64,000 nucleotides of DNA from Elusimicrobiota bacterium (GCA_043811535.1 JBDRNC010000021.1:64001-128000), one strand, 5' to 3'; counted from the stretch's first letter, positions 1 through 10,470 are shown. Numbers and translations are program-made. The notes: a model not told the origin generated them from the letters alone.

Positions 1-1399
1 AATCTATGGCGCGCATGGGACCTACATCCTGAAGCAGGAGTATCGCGCAAGAGTTAAGGGAATGTTCAAGGGCTGACCTGAGCAGCACTTTTCCGTAATA
101 TTTTTTGTTATAATTCTCCGGGGCCCATACCTTCATGGGGTCTTTGAGCCAGTCAGGCGGCAGCGTCTCCAGGTAATCCGTGGCGCGTGACGTCAGCCGC
201 CAGTCGCGGCCGTCGTTTATGTATATCAGCGGGGAATCTTCTATGATAGACGCGGGCGTAAATCCATTCTCTATCGCGGCGGTGTAGATAAAGGGTTTGA
301 AAGAAGATCCCGGCTGGCGCCTTGCCTGAAGCGCGCGGTTGAACTGGGACTCGCGGAAATCCCTTCCGCCAACGAGCGCCCTGATCCCGCCGGTTTTGGG
401 GTCTATCGCCACCAGCGAGCCTTGCACCTTTGTGAAAGTGGTTTTTTTCTGTTCAAAATACGATTTTCTTTCCGTGTCGAAGGCCTCAAGGGTCTGTTCA
501 AGCGCTTTTTCGGCGCTTTCCTGCGCCTTTTTGTCTAATGTAGTGTAAATTGAAAGACCGCCGCGGTAAATGGCGTCGCTGCCGTACTTCGGTTCAAGCT
601 GGATCCTGATGTATTCTATGAAATACGGGGCAATTGCCGTCGGTATTGCCACTTTCTGGGAATTTATGGGTTCCGTGTTGGCTTTTATCTCTTCTTCGGG
701 GGTTATGTGTTTGAGCTGCACCATCCTGCGCAGAACGGTCGCCCTTCTCTGGATCGTACGGTCGACATTATTGAACGGAGAGTAATAATTAGGCGCCCTT
801 GGAAGCCCCGCGAGCATAGCGCACTCGGCCAGCGTCAGGTCTTTAACATGTTTTCCGAAATACATTTTTGACGCCGATTCAACGCCGTAAGCGCCGGAAC
901 CAAGATAGATCTGGTTAAGGTACAACTGCAGGATCTCTTCCTTGGAAAAATTGCGTTCCAGCTGTATCGTGAGCAGCAGTTCCTTGATTTTACGGTTGAT
1001 CGTGCGCTCAGGAGTGAGAAATATCTGTTTCGCGAGTTGCTGCGTGATGGTGGATCCGCCCTGTGATACGCGGCGCTTTATCAGGTTGTTGACCGAAGCG
1101 CGGAGTATCCCTCGCGGCGAGATTCCCCAGTGCTTGAAAAACTTGTCGTCTTCTATGGCCAGTACCGCGTTCTGGAGGTCTACGGGGATCTCTCTTAGCG
1201 GTATGAAAGTCCGGCGTTCCGTGAAAAGTTCGGTTATCAGCTCGCCTTTGTAGTCATAGATCTTGGTTACGAGGCTTGGCGTGTAGTCTTCAAGCAGATG
1301 AATTGGCGGAAGGCTCATGACCAGCGCGCGTATGTACCCCGCCGCGCTGAAAATCACAAGCAAAATCAATATGGTTTTTAATGTTTTTTTTCGGTCCAT
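1..1399 (-). CDS. mrcA: Penicillin-binding protein 1A (transglycosylase/transpeptidase); 3' end runs off the window
   Basis: Not in the ORF track because it has no stop in the window. Manual translation from ATG 1399 gives MDRKKTLKTILILLVIFSAAGY (TM), GT51 motifs AIEDDKFFKHWG, QGGSTITQQLAK and RKIKE, and transpeptidase motifs RQPGSSFK (SxxK) and SLN. Confidence 0.93.
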   Translation of the reverse strand, partial: MDRKKTLKTILILLVIFSAAGYIRALVMSLPPIHLLEDYTPSLVTKIYDYKGELITELFTERRTFIPLREIPVDLQNAVLAIEDDKFFKHWGISPRGILRASVNNLIKRRVSQGGSTITQQLAKQIFLTPERTINRKIKELLLTIQLERNFSKEEILQLYLNQIYLGSGAYGVESASKMYFGKHVKDLTLAECAMLAGLPRAPNYYSPFNNVDRTIQRRATVLRRMVQLKHITPEEEIKANTEPINSQKVAIPTAIAPYFIEYIRIQLEPKYGSDAIYRGGLSIYTTLDKKAQESAEKALEQTLEAFDTERKSYFEQKKTTFTKVQGSLVAIDPKTGGIRALVGGRDFRESQFNRALQARRQPGSSFKPFIYTAAIENGFTPASIIEDSPLIYINDGRDWRLTSRATDYLETLPPDWLKDPMKVWAPENYNKKYYGKVLLRSALEHSLNSCAILLLQDVGPMRAID

Positions 1400-1493
1400 A
1401 TGAAGACAGTTATAAATTATGGGTTTGGAGTTATGAGCAAGGGCGGTGCATTTACTGCTGTCCCTGAACTCCCCTCTTGATATTGTCTTACGT

Positions 1494-1522
1494 ATTATAA
1501 TAGAAATTCCATCAATTGTAAA
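1494..1522 (-). promoter_or_regulatory. sigma70-type promoter for PBP1A
   Basis: Minus strand TTTACA-N17-TATAAT, about 95 bp upstream of the start. Confidence 0.6.
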
Positions 1523-1657
1523 GGAAATTTTCGTGTATAGCGTGCAGCGTATCCCCTAAAGAAGGATTTCGATTGATGGAAATAGTTATTAGTCGTAGCG
1601 TTTAGTCAAAGTCATTTTTCCTTATATACTGAACGCTATATGCAGCGCATTTTCATC

Positions 1658-1686
1658 TTGAATATTTCAATATAATGTGCTAAACT
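1658..1686 (+). promoter_or_regulatory. sigma70-type promoter upstream of the sugar-nucleotide genes
   Basis: TTGAAT-N17-TAAACT with a TG extended -10. Confidence 0.45.
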
Positions 1687-1861
1687 AAAAAAGCAAAAGT
1701 TTCTAAAAAATCTTACCGTTTTACATGTTTTTATCCCCGAAAGGGGATTTCACCCAAATTTAATAACAACACTTAGTGTGTTCTTATCCCGTCCGCCATG
1801 GCGGAGGGATTTCATATACGGCAATTCAATAAAACACTAAAGGTATTCAAGGAGTCATCTT

Positions 1862-4363
1862 ATGCAAGCAGTAATAATGGCAGGCGGATTCGGAACCCGT
1901 CTAAGGCCTTTAAGCGTCAACATACCCAAACCCATGGTCCCGATGGCCAATCGGCCGATGCTCCATCACATTATTGAACTTCTCAAGAAAAACGATTTCA
2001 CGGACCTTATCATAATGCTTTATTACCAGCCCGAGGTTATCACGGATTATTTCGGCGACGGGTCCAAAATGGGAGTAAAGATACGGTACCTGCGCCCGGA
2101 ATCGGACCTCGGCACCGCTGGGAGCGTGAAATTCGCGGAGAAGTACCTGAAAGATACGTTCCTCGTGATATCGGGCGACGTAATGACCGATTTTGACATA
2201 ACGCAGGCCGTTGAGTATCACAGCGCTAAAAAAGCGATGGCGACGATAGTGCTTACAAGAGTCTCAAACCCGCTCCAGTACGGCGTCGTGATAACCGACA
2301 AGGAACAGAAAATAGAGCGTTTCCTTGAAAAGCCGTCGTGGGGAGAGGTTTTTTCCGACACGATAAATACCGGGATATACGTGCTTGACCCGAAGGTTTT
2401 TGAGCTGATGCCCGAAGGAAAATCTTTTGACTTTTCAAAGGACCTGTACCCTATAATACTTAAGGAAGACAAGGGGCTCTACGGCTACATCGCGGAAGGC
2501 TACTGGAAAGACATCGGCAACCTTGACGAGTACCGGCTAGGGCACTATGACATACTGGATAATAAGGTCAAACTTAATATTGAAGGTAAGACCATTAAAT
2601 ACGAAGGTAAAGAGATAATTGTCGGCGAGGGCAGCCGCATCGAGGAAGGCGTGGAGTTCGACGGCCGGGTGGTCATAGGCGAGAACTGTTTAATAGAAAA
2701 AGGGGTCAAGCTGGGACAGTCCATCATCGGCAATAATGTAAAGATATTTTCGGGCGCCCAGGTAGTACGTTCGGTAATCTGGAACAACGTTGCGGTAGGC
2801 CGCGACGCAAGGCTCAAGGAGACCGTGATTGCCGCAAAGACGCGCATAGGCGACAGGGCGGTCATACAGGTGGGCACCGTCATAGCCGACGAGTGCAAAA
2901 TAGGCGCGGACTCCGTGATCAGGGCGAACATTAAGATATGGCCGCACAAGACGATAGAAGAAGGCGCCACGCTTTCAACAAGCCTGATATGGGGCGAAAA
3001 ATGGAACAAGACGCTTTTCGGCGCTTACGGAATAACGGGGCTCGGAAACACCGAGATAACTCCTGAATTCGCCACGAAAGTCGGTGCCGCCTACGGAGCT
3101 TATCTCGGCAAGGGCGCCTACATTCTGACTTCACGCGACGCCCACAGGGCGAACCGCATGATAAAACGCACGATGATTTCCGGGTTGCTTTCAGCTGGCG
3201 TGAGCGTCGGGGATTTACAGACGATGCCGGTGCCGATCACCCGCTACGCGATGGGCAAGGAAGGCGAAGTCGGCGGAATACACGTCAGGATGTCGCCTTT
3301 CGATCCAAGACTCATAGACATCAAGTTCATTGATTCTAAGGGCGGGGACATATCCATCCAGCAGGAAAAAGCGATAGAACAGCTTTTCATGAGAGAAGAT
3401 TTTAAACGCGCGGGGCTCAATGAGCTTGGCGATATAAGCGTCCCGTCGCGCGCGCAGGAATACTACAAGACGGGATACCTCAAAACAATTGACACGGAAG
3501 CGATACGTTCCGCCGGCATGAAAATAGTGCTGGACTACGCGTATTCATCCGCGTCCATGGTCCTGCCCGCGATAATCGGCGACCTTAACATCGAGATTGT
3601 GGCGCTGAACGCGTTCATAAATCCCGGAAAGATCACAAAGACGGAAAAAGAGTTCAACCACTCGCTTGAGCAGTTGTCCGATATAGTGACAACGCTCAAG
3701 GCGGACTCGGGTTTCCTCATAGATACGGGCGCGGAGAAGCTTTTCATAGTAGACGAGCGCGGCAGGATAGTGTCCGACGACCTTGCGTTGATACTTGTTG
3801 CGGACCTTGTCATGCGCAGTTACGGCAAAGGCACGATCGCCGTTCCCGTGCATGTTTCAACGGTGCTCGAAGAGATAGCCGATAAATACGATGATATAAA
3901 GATAAAACGCACCGCGACAAGCCCGCGGCAGATAATGGAGGCGGCCCGCGAGAAGGACGTGATTTTCGTGGGCGACTGCAACGGCGGATTCATCTTCCCG
4001 GAATTCCAGCCGGCCTTTGACGCGATGTTCGCGATCGGCAAGATTCTCGAAATGATGGCGAAAGAGAAGATACACTTCAACCGGCTGAGCCGCGAGATCC
4101 CGGCGTTTGAAGTCCTCCACAAGAAATTTCCGTGCGCCTGGGATAAAAAGGGCCAGACGATGCGTTGCGCTATAGAGGAAACCAAGGGAAAGAAAACCGA
4201 ACTTATAGATGGCGTAAAGATATTCCTGAAAAAGGGCTGGGTGCTTCTGCTTCCCGACCCGGACGAGGCGTACTTCCACGTCTGGGCGGAATCTGAGGAC
4301 GAAAGAACCGCGAAAGATTTGCTGAAAGAATACGGCGACAAAGTGAAAAAATGGCAAGAATAG
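1862..4363 (+). CDS. Mannose-1-phosphate guanylyltransferase (NTP transferase + hexapeptide LbH) fused to a degenerate phosphomannomutase domain
   Basis: N-terminal MAGGFGTRLRPL..PKPM motif, hexapeptide repeats, C-terminal PGM/PMM-like region (LFGAYGITG..., DGVKIF). RBS AAGGAG. Confidence 0.9.
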   Translation: MQAVIMAGGFGTRLRPLSVNIPKPMVPMANRPMLHHIIELLKKNDFTDLIIMLYYQPEVITDYFGDGSKMGVKIRYLRPESDLGTAGSVKFAEKYLKDTFLVISGDVMTDFDITQAVEYHSAKKAMATIVLTRVSNPLQYGVVITDKEQKIERFLEKPSWGEVFSDTINTGIYVLDPKVFELMPEGKSFDFSKDLYPIILKEDKGLYGYIAEGYWKDIGNLDEYRLGHYDILDNKVKLNIEGKTIKYEGKEIIVGEGSRIEEGVEFDGRVVIGENCLIEKGVKLGQSIIGNNVKIFSGAQVVRSVIWNNVAVGRDARLKETVIAAKTRIGDRAVIQVGTVIADECKIGADSVIRANIKIWPHKTIEEGATLSTSLIWGEKWNKTLFGAYGITGLGNTEITPEFATKVGAAYGAYLGKGAYILTSRDAHRANRMIKRTMISGLLSAGVSVGDLQTMPVPITRYAMGKEGEVGGIHVRMSPFDPRLIDIKFIDSKGGDISIQQEKAIEQLFMREDFKRAGLNELGDISVPSRAQEYYKTGYLKTIDTEAIRSAGMKIVLDYAYSSASMVLPAIIGDLNIEIVALNAFINPGKITKTEKEFNHSLEQLSDIVTTLKADSGFLIDTGAEKLFIVDERGRIVSDDLALILVADLVMRSYGKGTIAVPVHVSTVLEEIADKYDDIKIKRTATSPRQIMEAAREKDVIFVGDCNGGFIFPEFQPAFDAMFAIGKILEMMAKEKIHFNRLSREIPAFEVLHKKFPCAWDKKGQTMRCAIEETKGKKTELIDGVKIFLKKGWVLLLPDPDEAYFHVWAESEDERTAKDLLKEYGDKVKKWQE

Positions 4364-4476
4364 CGCTCGGGAGCAATTCTCCGAAAAACGCCCTCGCAGC
4401 GCTCGGGCTCTCGCACGAGCCCTCCCATAAGTTCAAGTCGGGCTCGTGAGGTTTTCTCCGAATTACTCCCTCGCTT
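4362..4476. repeat. Imperfect long inverted repeat (REP/MITE-like hairpin)
   Basis: GGGAGCAATTC..GAAAA..CCCTC pairs with GAGGGTTTTC..GAATTACTCCC; inner CACGAGCCC/GGGCTCGTG stem. Confidence 0.5.
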
Positions 4477-4591
4477 GGCGTGAAAGGCAAGAGGAAAAGT
4501 AATTATATAAATCCGGACTGCTTTGGCAAACTCGTTTGGGAAATTTTGAAAAGTCGGTTAGTTTTTACTGATACGAGATACTGGAGTTAAA

Positions 4592-6016
4592 ATGATAAAA
4601 TTCGGGACGTCGGGATGGAGAGGCATAATAGCCGATGATTTCACGTCGGCTAACGTAAGGCTTGTCACGCAGGCGATCGTGGAGTATATAAGGAAGGAAA
4701 AGAACGATTCAAACCCGGCGGTCGTCATCGGGTATGACACGCGGTTCCTTTCGGAAAGGTTCGCCGCGGAATCGGCCAAGGTGCTCGCGGGCAACGGTAT
4801 AAAGGCGCTTCTTTGCGGGCGCGACACGCCGACGCCGGTAATTTCTTTTGAGATAATGCGCAGGAAGCTTTCCGGAGGCATAAATTTCACCGCCAGCCAT
4901 AACCCGCCGCAGTACAACGGCCTGAAATTCAATCCTTCATGGGGCGGCCCGGCGCTGCCTGAGACCACGGAAATGATAGAAGGGGAATGCGCGGCCATCA
5001 ATCCCGCAAATATCAAGTCAATGAAACTCGCGGAGGCGAAGAACCGCGGCCTGCTTGAGGAAATTGACCCGAGAAAACCTTACTTCAGGCGCATAAAAGA
5101 GCTCGTGAATTTCAAGGCGATAAAAAAGGGCAACCTGAAGGTTGCCACGGATGTTCTCTACGGTACCGGCAAGGGTTATCTGGACGAGCTCTTGGACCAG
5201 GCGGGAGTGCGCCAGATTGTCACTCACGACTGGCGCGATGTGATGTTCGGCGGAAAATCCCCTGAACCTAACAGCGAGAACCTCAAAACCCTCTACGATA
5301 TAATGAAGAAGGAATCGTGCAGGCTCGGGCTTGCGACTGACGGCGATGCGGACAGGTTCGGCATACTGGACTCTGACGGCAGTTTCATTAACGCGAACGC
5401 GACCATCGCGGTGCTTCTCTACCACCTTATAAAGTCAAGGCAGTGGAAAGGCTCGGTAGCAAGGTCGGTGATGACGACCCACCTTATAGACCGCGTCGCT
5501 GAAAAATTCGGCGTTGAAGTTAAGGAAACCCCCGTCGGATTCAAGTTTATAGGAGAGGTGCTTATCAAGGAAGGAGACAGATTCATCATAGGCGGGGAAG
5601 AATCCGGGGGCCTTTCTATAAGAGGGCATGTCCCGGAGAAAGACGGAGTGCTTGCGTGCCTGCTAGTCGCGGAAATGGTCGCGGAACACAGAAAATCAAT
5701 AAAGAAGATACTGGAAGAAATAACAAAACTCGTCGGGCCGGTGTATTCCGACAGGATTAACTTCCACCTGACGCAGGAAGAGATGGATGATTTCAAGAAC
5801 CGGCTGAAATCCGGGAGTCACAAGGAGTTCGGCGGGATGAAAATCTCAAAGACAATAACGCTTGACGGATATAAGTTCGTTCTGGCCGACGGTTCGTGGC
5901 TCGGGGTAAGGCTTTCCGGCACCGAACCGGTCGTGCGCCTGTACCTGGAATCGGATTCTCCGGCAAAGATGAAAAAACTGGCTGCCGCGGGGAAAAAGTT
6001 CATAGTAAACAAATAG
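4592..6016 (+). CDS. Phosphoglucomutase/phosphomannomutase family protein
   Basis: IKFGTSGWRG, catalytic FTASHNP, metal loop DGDADR, GEESGG, RLSGTEP. Confidence 0.95.
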   Translation: MIKFGTSGWRGIIADDFTSANVRLVTQAIVEYIRKEKNDSNPAVVIGYDTRFLSERFAAESAKVLAGNGIKALLCGRDTPTPVISFEIMRRKLSGGINFTASHNPPQYNGLKFNPSWGGPALPETTEMIEGECAAINPANIKSMKLAEAKNRGLLEEIDPRKPYFRRIKELVNFKAIKKGNLKVATDVLYGTGKGYLDELLDQAGVRQIVTHDWRDVMFGGKSPEPNSENLKTLYDIMKKESCRLGLATDGDADRFGILDSDGSFINANATIAVLLYHLIKSRQWKGSVARSVMTTHLIDRVAEKFGVEVKETPVGFKFIGEVLIKEGDRFIIGGEESGGLSIRGHVPEKDGVLACLLVAEMVAEHRKSIKKILEEITKLVGPVYSDRINFHLTQEEMDDFKNRLKSGSHKEFGGMKISKTITLDGYKFVLADGSWLGVRLSGTEPVVRLYLESDSPAKMKKLAAAGKKFIVNK

Positions 6017-6106
6017 AACAGTTCCAATGTTCAAACATTCCAGAGTTCCATAAGTTGTTTGGAACATTGAAACATTGGAACGAAGTTAGAACAATTTGTT
6101 AAAAAA

Positions 6107-7648
6107 ATGGATACGACTTCAAAAAAATTCCTTTATCTTCTTGAAGCGAACAGGATACTATCCTCGACGCTAAACCTGCCGGACCTTCTGCGGCAGGTCA
6201 TGGAACTGGCCATGAAGGTTGTTGAAGCCGAAAGCTCATCGCTTTTAATGTATGACGAGAAAACCAGCGAGCTTTATTTTGACCTCGCGCTCACCGAAAA
6301 AGAATCGCAGTTAAAATCAATAAGGATAAAATCAGGCGAAGGCATAGCCGGCTGGGTGGCCGCAAACAAGAGGAGCCGCATAGTCAATAACGTGGATTCC
6401 GATTCCCAGTGGATGAGCCGGGCCGACGAACATACGAAATTCAAAACGCGCTCTTTGATAGCCGTGCCGCTTATATTCAAGGGCAAACTGCTGGGAGTGG
6501 TGGAAGCGGTCAACAGGAAATCGGGAGAATTCGGCGCGGAAGACTACCAGACCCTGGAGGCCTTCGCGGCGCAAGCGGCGGTGGCGATAGAGAACGCGCG
6601 CCTTTTCATAAATCTGCACGAAGAAAAGGAAAAGATCGAGGCGGTATTCTCGCAGATGTCCGACGGGGCCATTTTCGTGGACGCCGCCGGCGTGAAAATC
6701 CTTGCGAACGCTGCCGCGAAAAAACTTGTCGGCGAAGAAAACATATCCAAAGACACTGTTTCAAAGATTTTCGGGGAATTTTCTTCGCAGCCGCCCCTGG
6801 ATGAAATAATATCCGGATCGGAAAAGTCGCGCCCGTTTGAGATGTCGCGCGTTGAAGGCAAAACATTCTTTATTTCGGGGAACGCCAACAGGATATTGAA
6901 TTCTTCGGGAGAAATAATAGGCCTGATATTCGTCTTCAGGAACGTCACGGAAGAGAAGAAAGAGTCCATGCTCAAGAAGAATTTCTTTTCGCTCATGAGC
7001 CATAAGTTGAAAACGCCGCTCGTGACGATCGCGGGTTACGGCCCGCTGCTGCTGGAAACCCCGCTTAACGACATGCAGAAAAAGGCGATAACCGCGATAC
7101 ACAAGCAGGGTGCGTATCTCGCGGGACTGGTGGATAAACTGCTTTACTCGACGATAGCGGAAACCGGGAATCTTACCATAAACAAAGGACCGCAAACGCT
7201 GGCAGAATTGACGGATAAGGCGGTCGCGGCGCTGAAACAATACCTTGAGCAGAAATCCGCCGAAATTATCATAAGCGGAAAAATCAAATCGCTTCCCGTT
7301 ATAATGATGGACGGCGAAACAATAGAAGTCACAATAAGGAGCCTGATAGAGAACGCAGTTAAGTTCAACAAGGGCGCGAAACCCAGGGTTGAAATAGAGC
7401 CAAAAATCGAAAAAGGATTTGCGGGGCTGGCAATATCAGACAACGGCCCGGGCATCCCGCCCGAAGAACGCGAAAAAGTATTCCAGAAATTCTACCAGAT
7501 AGAAGAATCCTTCACCGGGCAGGTTGAAGGCGCCGGCCTGGGGCTGTCGCTTGTAAAGCAGGTCGTAGAGGCGCACGGCGGGCGGGTCGGGCTGGAGAGC
7601 GCCAAGGGCAAGGGCTCGAAATTCTATTTTCTATTGCCGGTATCATAA
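6107..7648 (+). CDS. Cytoplasmic GAF-PAS sensor histidine kinase
   Basis: GAF (GIAGWVA, SLIAVPL), PAS-like segment, H-box SHKLKTPL, N-box LIENAVKF, DNGPGI and GAGLGL. Confidence 0.92.
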   Translation: MDTTSKKFLYLLEANRILSSTLNLPDLLRQVMELAMKVVEAESSSLLMYDEKTSELYFDLALTEKESQLKSIRIKSGEGIAGWVAANKRSRIVNNVDSDSQWMSRADEHTKFKTRSLIAVPLIFKGKLLGVVEAVNRKSGEFGAEDYQTLEAFAAQAAVAIENARLFINLHEEKEKIEAVFSQMSDGAIFVDAAGVKILANAAAKKLVGEENISKDTVSKIFGEFSSQPPLDEIISGSEKSRPFEMSRVEGKTFFISGNANRILNSSGEIIGLIFVFRNVTEEKKESMLKKNFFSLMSHKLKTPLVTIAGYGPLLLETPLNDMQKKAITAIHKQGAYLAGLVDKLLYSTIAETGNLTINKGPQTLAELTDKAVAALKQYLEQKSAEIIISGKIKSLPVIMMDGETIEVTIRSLIENAVKFNKGAKPRVEIEPKIEKGFAGLAISDNGPGIPPEEREKVFQKFYQIEESFTGQVEGAGLGLSLVKQVVEAHGGRVGLESAKGKGSKFYFLLPVS

Positions 7649-7756
7649 GGACGGTTTAACTGTTTCAACGTTTAATCGTTTAAACAATTAAACTGTTTGA
7701 ACAATTTGATAAAAGTGGATGTCGAATTTAAGAACGTCAAATTATAGAGGTTCTCC

Positions 7757-8434
7757 ATGAACAACTCAGTTTATCTGAAAAAGGTCCCGCTGTTCTCGGA
7801 TGTGAAGGAATCAGACCTGAAGCGCCTGCAGAAAATCGGAAAGGTACAGAAGTACAGAAAAACTGAGAACATATTCACCGAATCGGCTTCAGGCGACTGC
7901 TTCTACGTCGTCCTTTCCGGAAGGGTGAAGATCTTCGCTCAGTCCGGGGAGAAGAAAAAAACGCTCGCCTATCTTGAAAAAGGCGAGCATTTCGGCGAAA
8001 TGGCGCTTCTTGACCTTGAACCGCGTTCCGCGTCAAGCCAGGCGCTGGACGACTGCGAACTGCTCGTGATAAAGAAAAGCGATTTCCGCAGGCTTCTCGC
8101 GCAGGACCCGGGGATATCGTTTCAGATAATGAGGACGCTTTCGCACAGGCTGAGGCTGGCGAACAAGGAAATAGAATCTTTGACTTTTGAGAATGTGCTT
8201 GGGCGCGTCGCGAGCGCGCTTCTTGACCTGTGCAGCAAATACGGCGAAAGCGTCGCGCAGGGCACGCGAATTAAAATGCCGCTCAGCCACCAGGATATAG
8301 CCGAACTGGCGGGCACAGGCAGAGAGGTTGTGTCAAGGACGATTAACCGTTTTCGCCGGCTTAACTGTATCAATTACGACAACCATCACCTGATAATAAC
8401 AAACGCGAAGAAGCTGAGGGAATTCATATATTAA
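7757..8434 (+). CDS. Crp/Fnr family transcriptional regulator (cAMP-receptor-like)
   Basis: cNMP pocket FGEMALL..PRSAS; HTH LSHQDIAELAGTGREVVSR with the R-E-x-x-x-R recognition residues. Confidence 0.93.
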   Translation: MNNSVYLKKVPLFSDVKESDLKRLQKIGKVQKYRKTENIFTESASGDCFYVVLSGRVKIFAQSGEKKKTLAYLEKGEHFGEMALLDLEPRSASSQALDDCELLVIKKSDFRRLLAQDPGISFQIMRTLSHRLRLANKEIESLTFENVLGRVASALLDLCSKYGESVAQGTRIKMPLSHQDIAELAGTGREVVSRTINRFRRLNCINYDNHHLIITNAKKLREFIY

Positions 8435-8525
8435 ATACGATTTCACAGATTAACAATAGATTACACCGATTACATAATCTGTGTAATCTTCGTTATAAAT
8501 CTGTGTAATCAAAAAGGATGTTGAA

Positions 8526-9785
8526 ATGTTATATAAGGCGCCGAGAGGGACGCACGACTTATGGGGAAAGCAGGCGCGGAAACTGCGCCGGCTTGAAGAT
8601 ATATGCAGGGGCGTATTCCGAAGGTATAACTATTCCGAGATAATCGTGCCGACATTCGAGGACGCCGGGCTTTTTACCCGATCGATAGGCGAGACGACCG
8701 ACATAATTGAAAAAGAAATGTATGTATTTGAGGACCGCAAGGGAAGAAAGCTCGCGTTGAGGCCCGAAGGGACGGCTTCAATAGTCAGGGCGTACGTGGA
8801 GAACAACCTCGGGCAGGACGCGGGGGTTTCAAAATATTTCCAGATGGGGTCAATGTTTAGGTACGACCGCCCGCAGGCCGGGAGATACCGCGAATTCTAT
8901 CAGGTGGGCGCGGAGTACTACGGCAATCCGGCTCCGTCGGCCGACGCGGAGATGATACTGCTCGCGCGCGATATACTGCGCGGTGCGGGAATAAAAGACG
9001 CGGTGATACTTTTAAACACGCTGGGCTGCAGGGAATGCAGGCCGGCCTACAAGAAAGCGCTGCTTGATTACTTGAAACCCGGCAGCGAACGCACGAAAGA
9101 TTTGTGCGAAGACTGCGCAAAGCGCATGGAAAAAAATCCCCTGCGCGTGCTGGACTGTAAAACAGACGGAATCAAATTCGACAAAGCGCCGAAGATGGAA
9201 AACTTCCTGTGCCCGGAGTGCAAAGCCCATTTTGAACAGGTGCAGGCGCTGCTGCGGGAAACCGGGTGCGAGTACACGCTTGACCACAAACTTGTGCGCG
9301 GGCTGGATTATTACACGCGGACAATATTTGAATTCCGCTCCAACGCTTTGGGCTCGCAGGACGCGCTCGGTGGCGGCGGAAGATACGATAACCTTATAAA
9401 GGAACTCGGCGGGGCGGAAACGCCCGCAGTCGGATTCGCGATGGGTGTTGAGCGCGTAATAATCGCCGCGGACGCGGCAAGCCCGGAATTCGGTGCGGAA
9501 AAATCAAATATTATTTTTGTCGCTGTTGCCTCTGAAGCTTTGAACGCTCAGGCATTCAAGCTTGCGGAGAGCTTGAGGAATTGTGGAAAGGATTTTTCAG
9601 TTGAGGGCCCGCTGGCGGGAAAAAGCCTGAAGAGCCAGTTCCGCACGGCGGACAAGATAGGCGCGGAAAAGGTCGTTGTTTTTGGGGAAGATGAATTCAA
9701 ACGTGGCTGCGTCACCGTGAGGGACATGAAAACGCAGAGCCAAAATGAAGTTAAAATAAATGACTTAATAAAACAGTTTCAATAG
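8526..9785 (+). CDS. hisS: Histidine--tRNA ligase
   Basis: PRGTHD, LRPEGTA, FRYDRPQAGRYREFYQ, LVRGLDYYT, GGGRYD. Confidence 0.98.
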   Translation: MLYKAPRGTHDLWGKQARKLRRLEDICRGVFRRYNYSEIIVPTFEDAGLFTRSIGETTDIIEKEMYVFEDRKGRKLALRPEGTASIVRAYVENNLGQDAGVSKYFQMGSMFRYDRPQAGRYREFYQVGAEYYGNPAPSADAEMILLARDILRGAGIKDAVILLNTLGCRECRPAYKKALLDYLKPGSERTKDLCEDCAKRMEKNPLRVLDCKTDGIKFDKAPKMENFLCPECKAHFEQVQALLRETGCEYTLDHKLVRGLDYYTRTIFEFRSNALGSQDALGGGGRYDNLIKELGGAETPAVGFAMGVERVIIAADAASPEFGAEKSNIIFVAVASEALNAQAFKLAESLRNCGKDFSVEGPLAGKSLKSQFRTADKIGAEKVVVFGEDEFKRGCVTVRDMKTQSQNEVKINDLIKQFQ

Positions 9786-9854
9786 TTTCAGCAGCTGCAG
9801 TTGTTTCAGCCGTTTAACCATTGAAACGATTGGAACACTGGAACGGTGCTATTT

Positions 9855-10298
9855 ATGAACAAAGATGAAGCGAAATGGCTGCTTGAATCGCTGAGAAAGA
9901 TACAATTCTTTTCGGTATTCACGCTGGACAACATAGATTCCATCCTTAAACACTTCCAAAAGATCACCTACCCCAAAGGCAAAAACATAATCAACGAAGG
10001 CGAGCCCGGCGAGGCTTTTTTCATCATACACAGCGGGAAGGTCAGGGTGCTCAGGAAAAAAGCGCTGTTTCTCAGGCAGCAGCTGGCCGTGCTCGGGCCG
10101 GGAGATTTTTTCGGCGAGATGTCGCTGGTGTCGGATCGGCCGGCCACCGCCACGATAGCGCCTTCGGAAACAGCGGAATTATACGTTCTGCTCAAAACGG
10201 ATTTTAACATTGTCTTGAAAGCGAATCCTAAAATGTCGGAACAATTGCACAGGATAGCCGAGGAAAGAAAGCTTGACGCCGCGATAAAGTCTATTTAA
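9855..10298 (+). CDS. Stand-alone cyclic nucleotide-binding domain protein
   Basis: EGEPGEAFFIIHSGKV and LGPGDFFGEMSL; no HTH. Start is ATG 9855 or GTG 9846. Confidence 0.85.
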   Translation: MNKDEAKWLLESLRKIQFFSVFTLDNIDSILKHFQKITYPKGKNIINEGEPGEAFFIIHSGKVRVLRKKALFLRQQLAVLGPGDFFGEMSLVSDRPATATIAPSETAELYVLLKTDFNIVLKANPKMSEQLHRIAEERKLDAAIKSI

Positions 10299-10425
10299 CC
10301 GGGCTTGTCTAAAGTCACAGCGGCGGATAGAAGTCACATAAATCCCTACCTATTTAATAAGCCTCCGTCGGGATAATCTTGGGGGGAATACCGTACATTT
10401 AAATCCGGATATAAGTCACAGTGCC

Positions 10426-10441
10426 TGTGACAAAAAACACA
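10426..10441. promoter_or_regulatory. CRP-type operator abutting the -35 of the porV1/giant-protein operon
   Basis: TGTGA-caaaaa-ACACA (9/10 of TGTGA-N6-TCACA). Further TCACA half-sites lie near 10315, 10334 and 10416. Confidence 0.6.
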
Positions 10442-10470
10442 TTGACAATACTGAGGTTTTCTATTATACT
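10442..10470 (+). promoter_or_regulatory. Near-consensus sigma70 promoter
   Basis: TTGACA-N17-TATACT. Confidence 0.8.

Noticed and set aside
339..1253. Plus-strand short ORFs (339, 570, 942) and the many short antisense ORFs in the track
   Set aside because: They are shadows of PBP1A or other long genes, without RBS or recognisable motifs.
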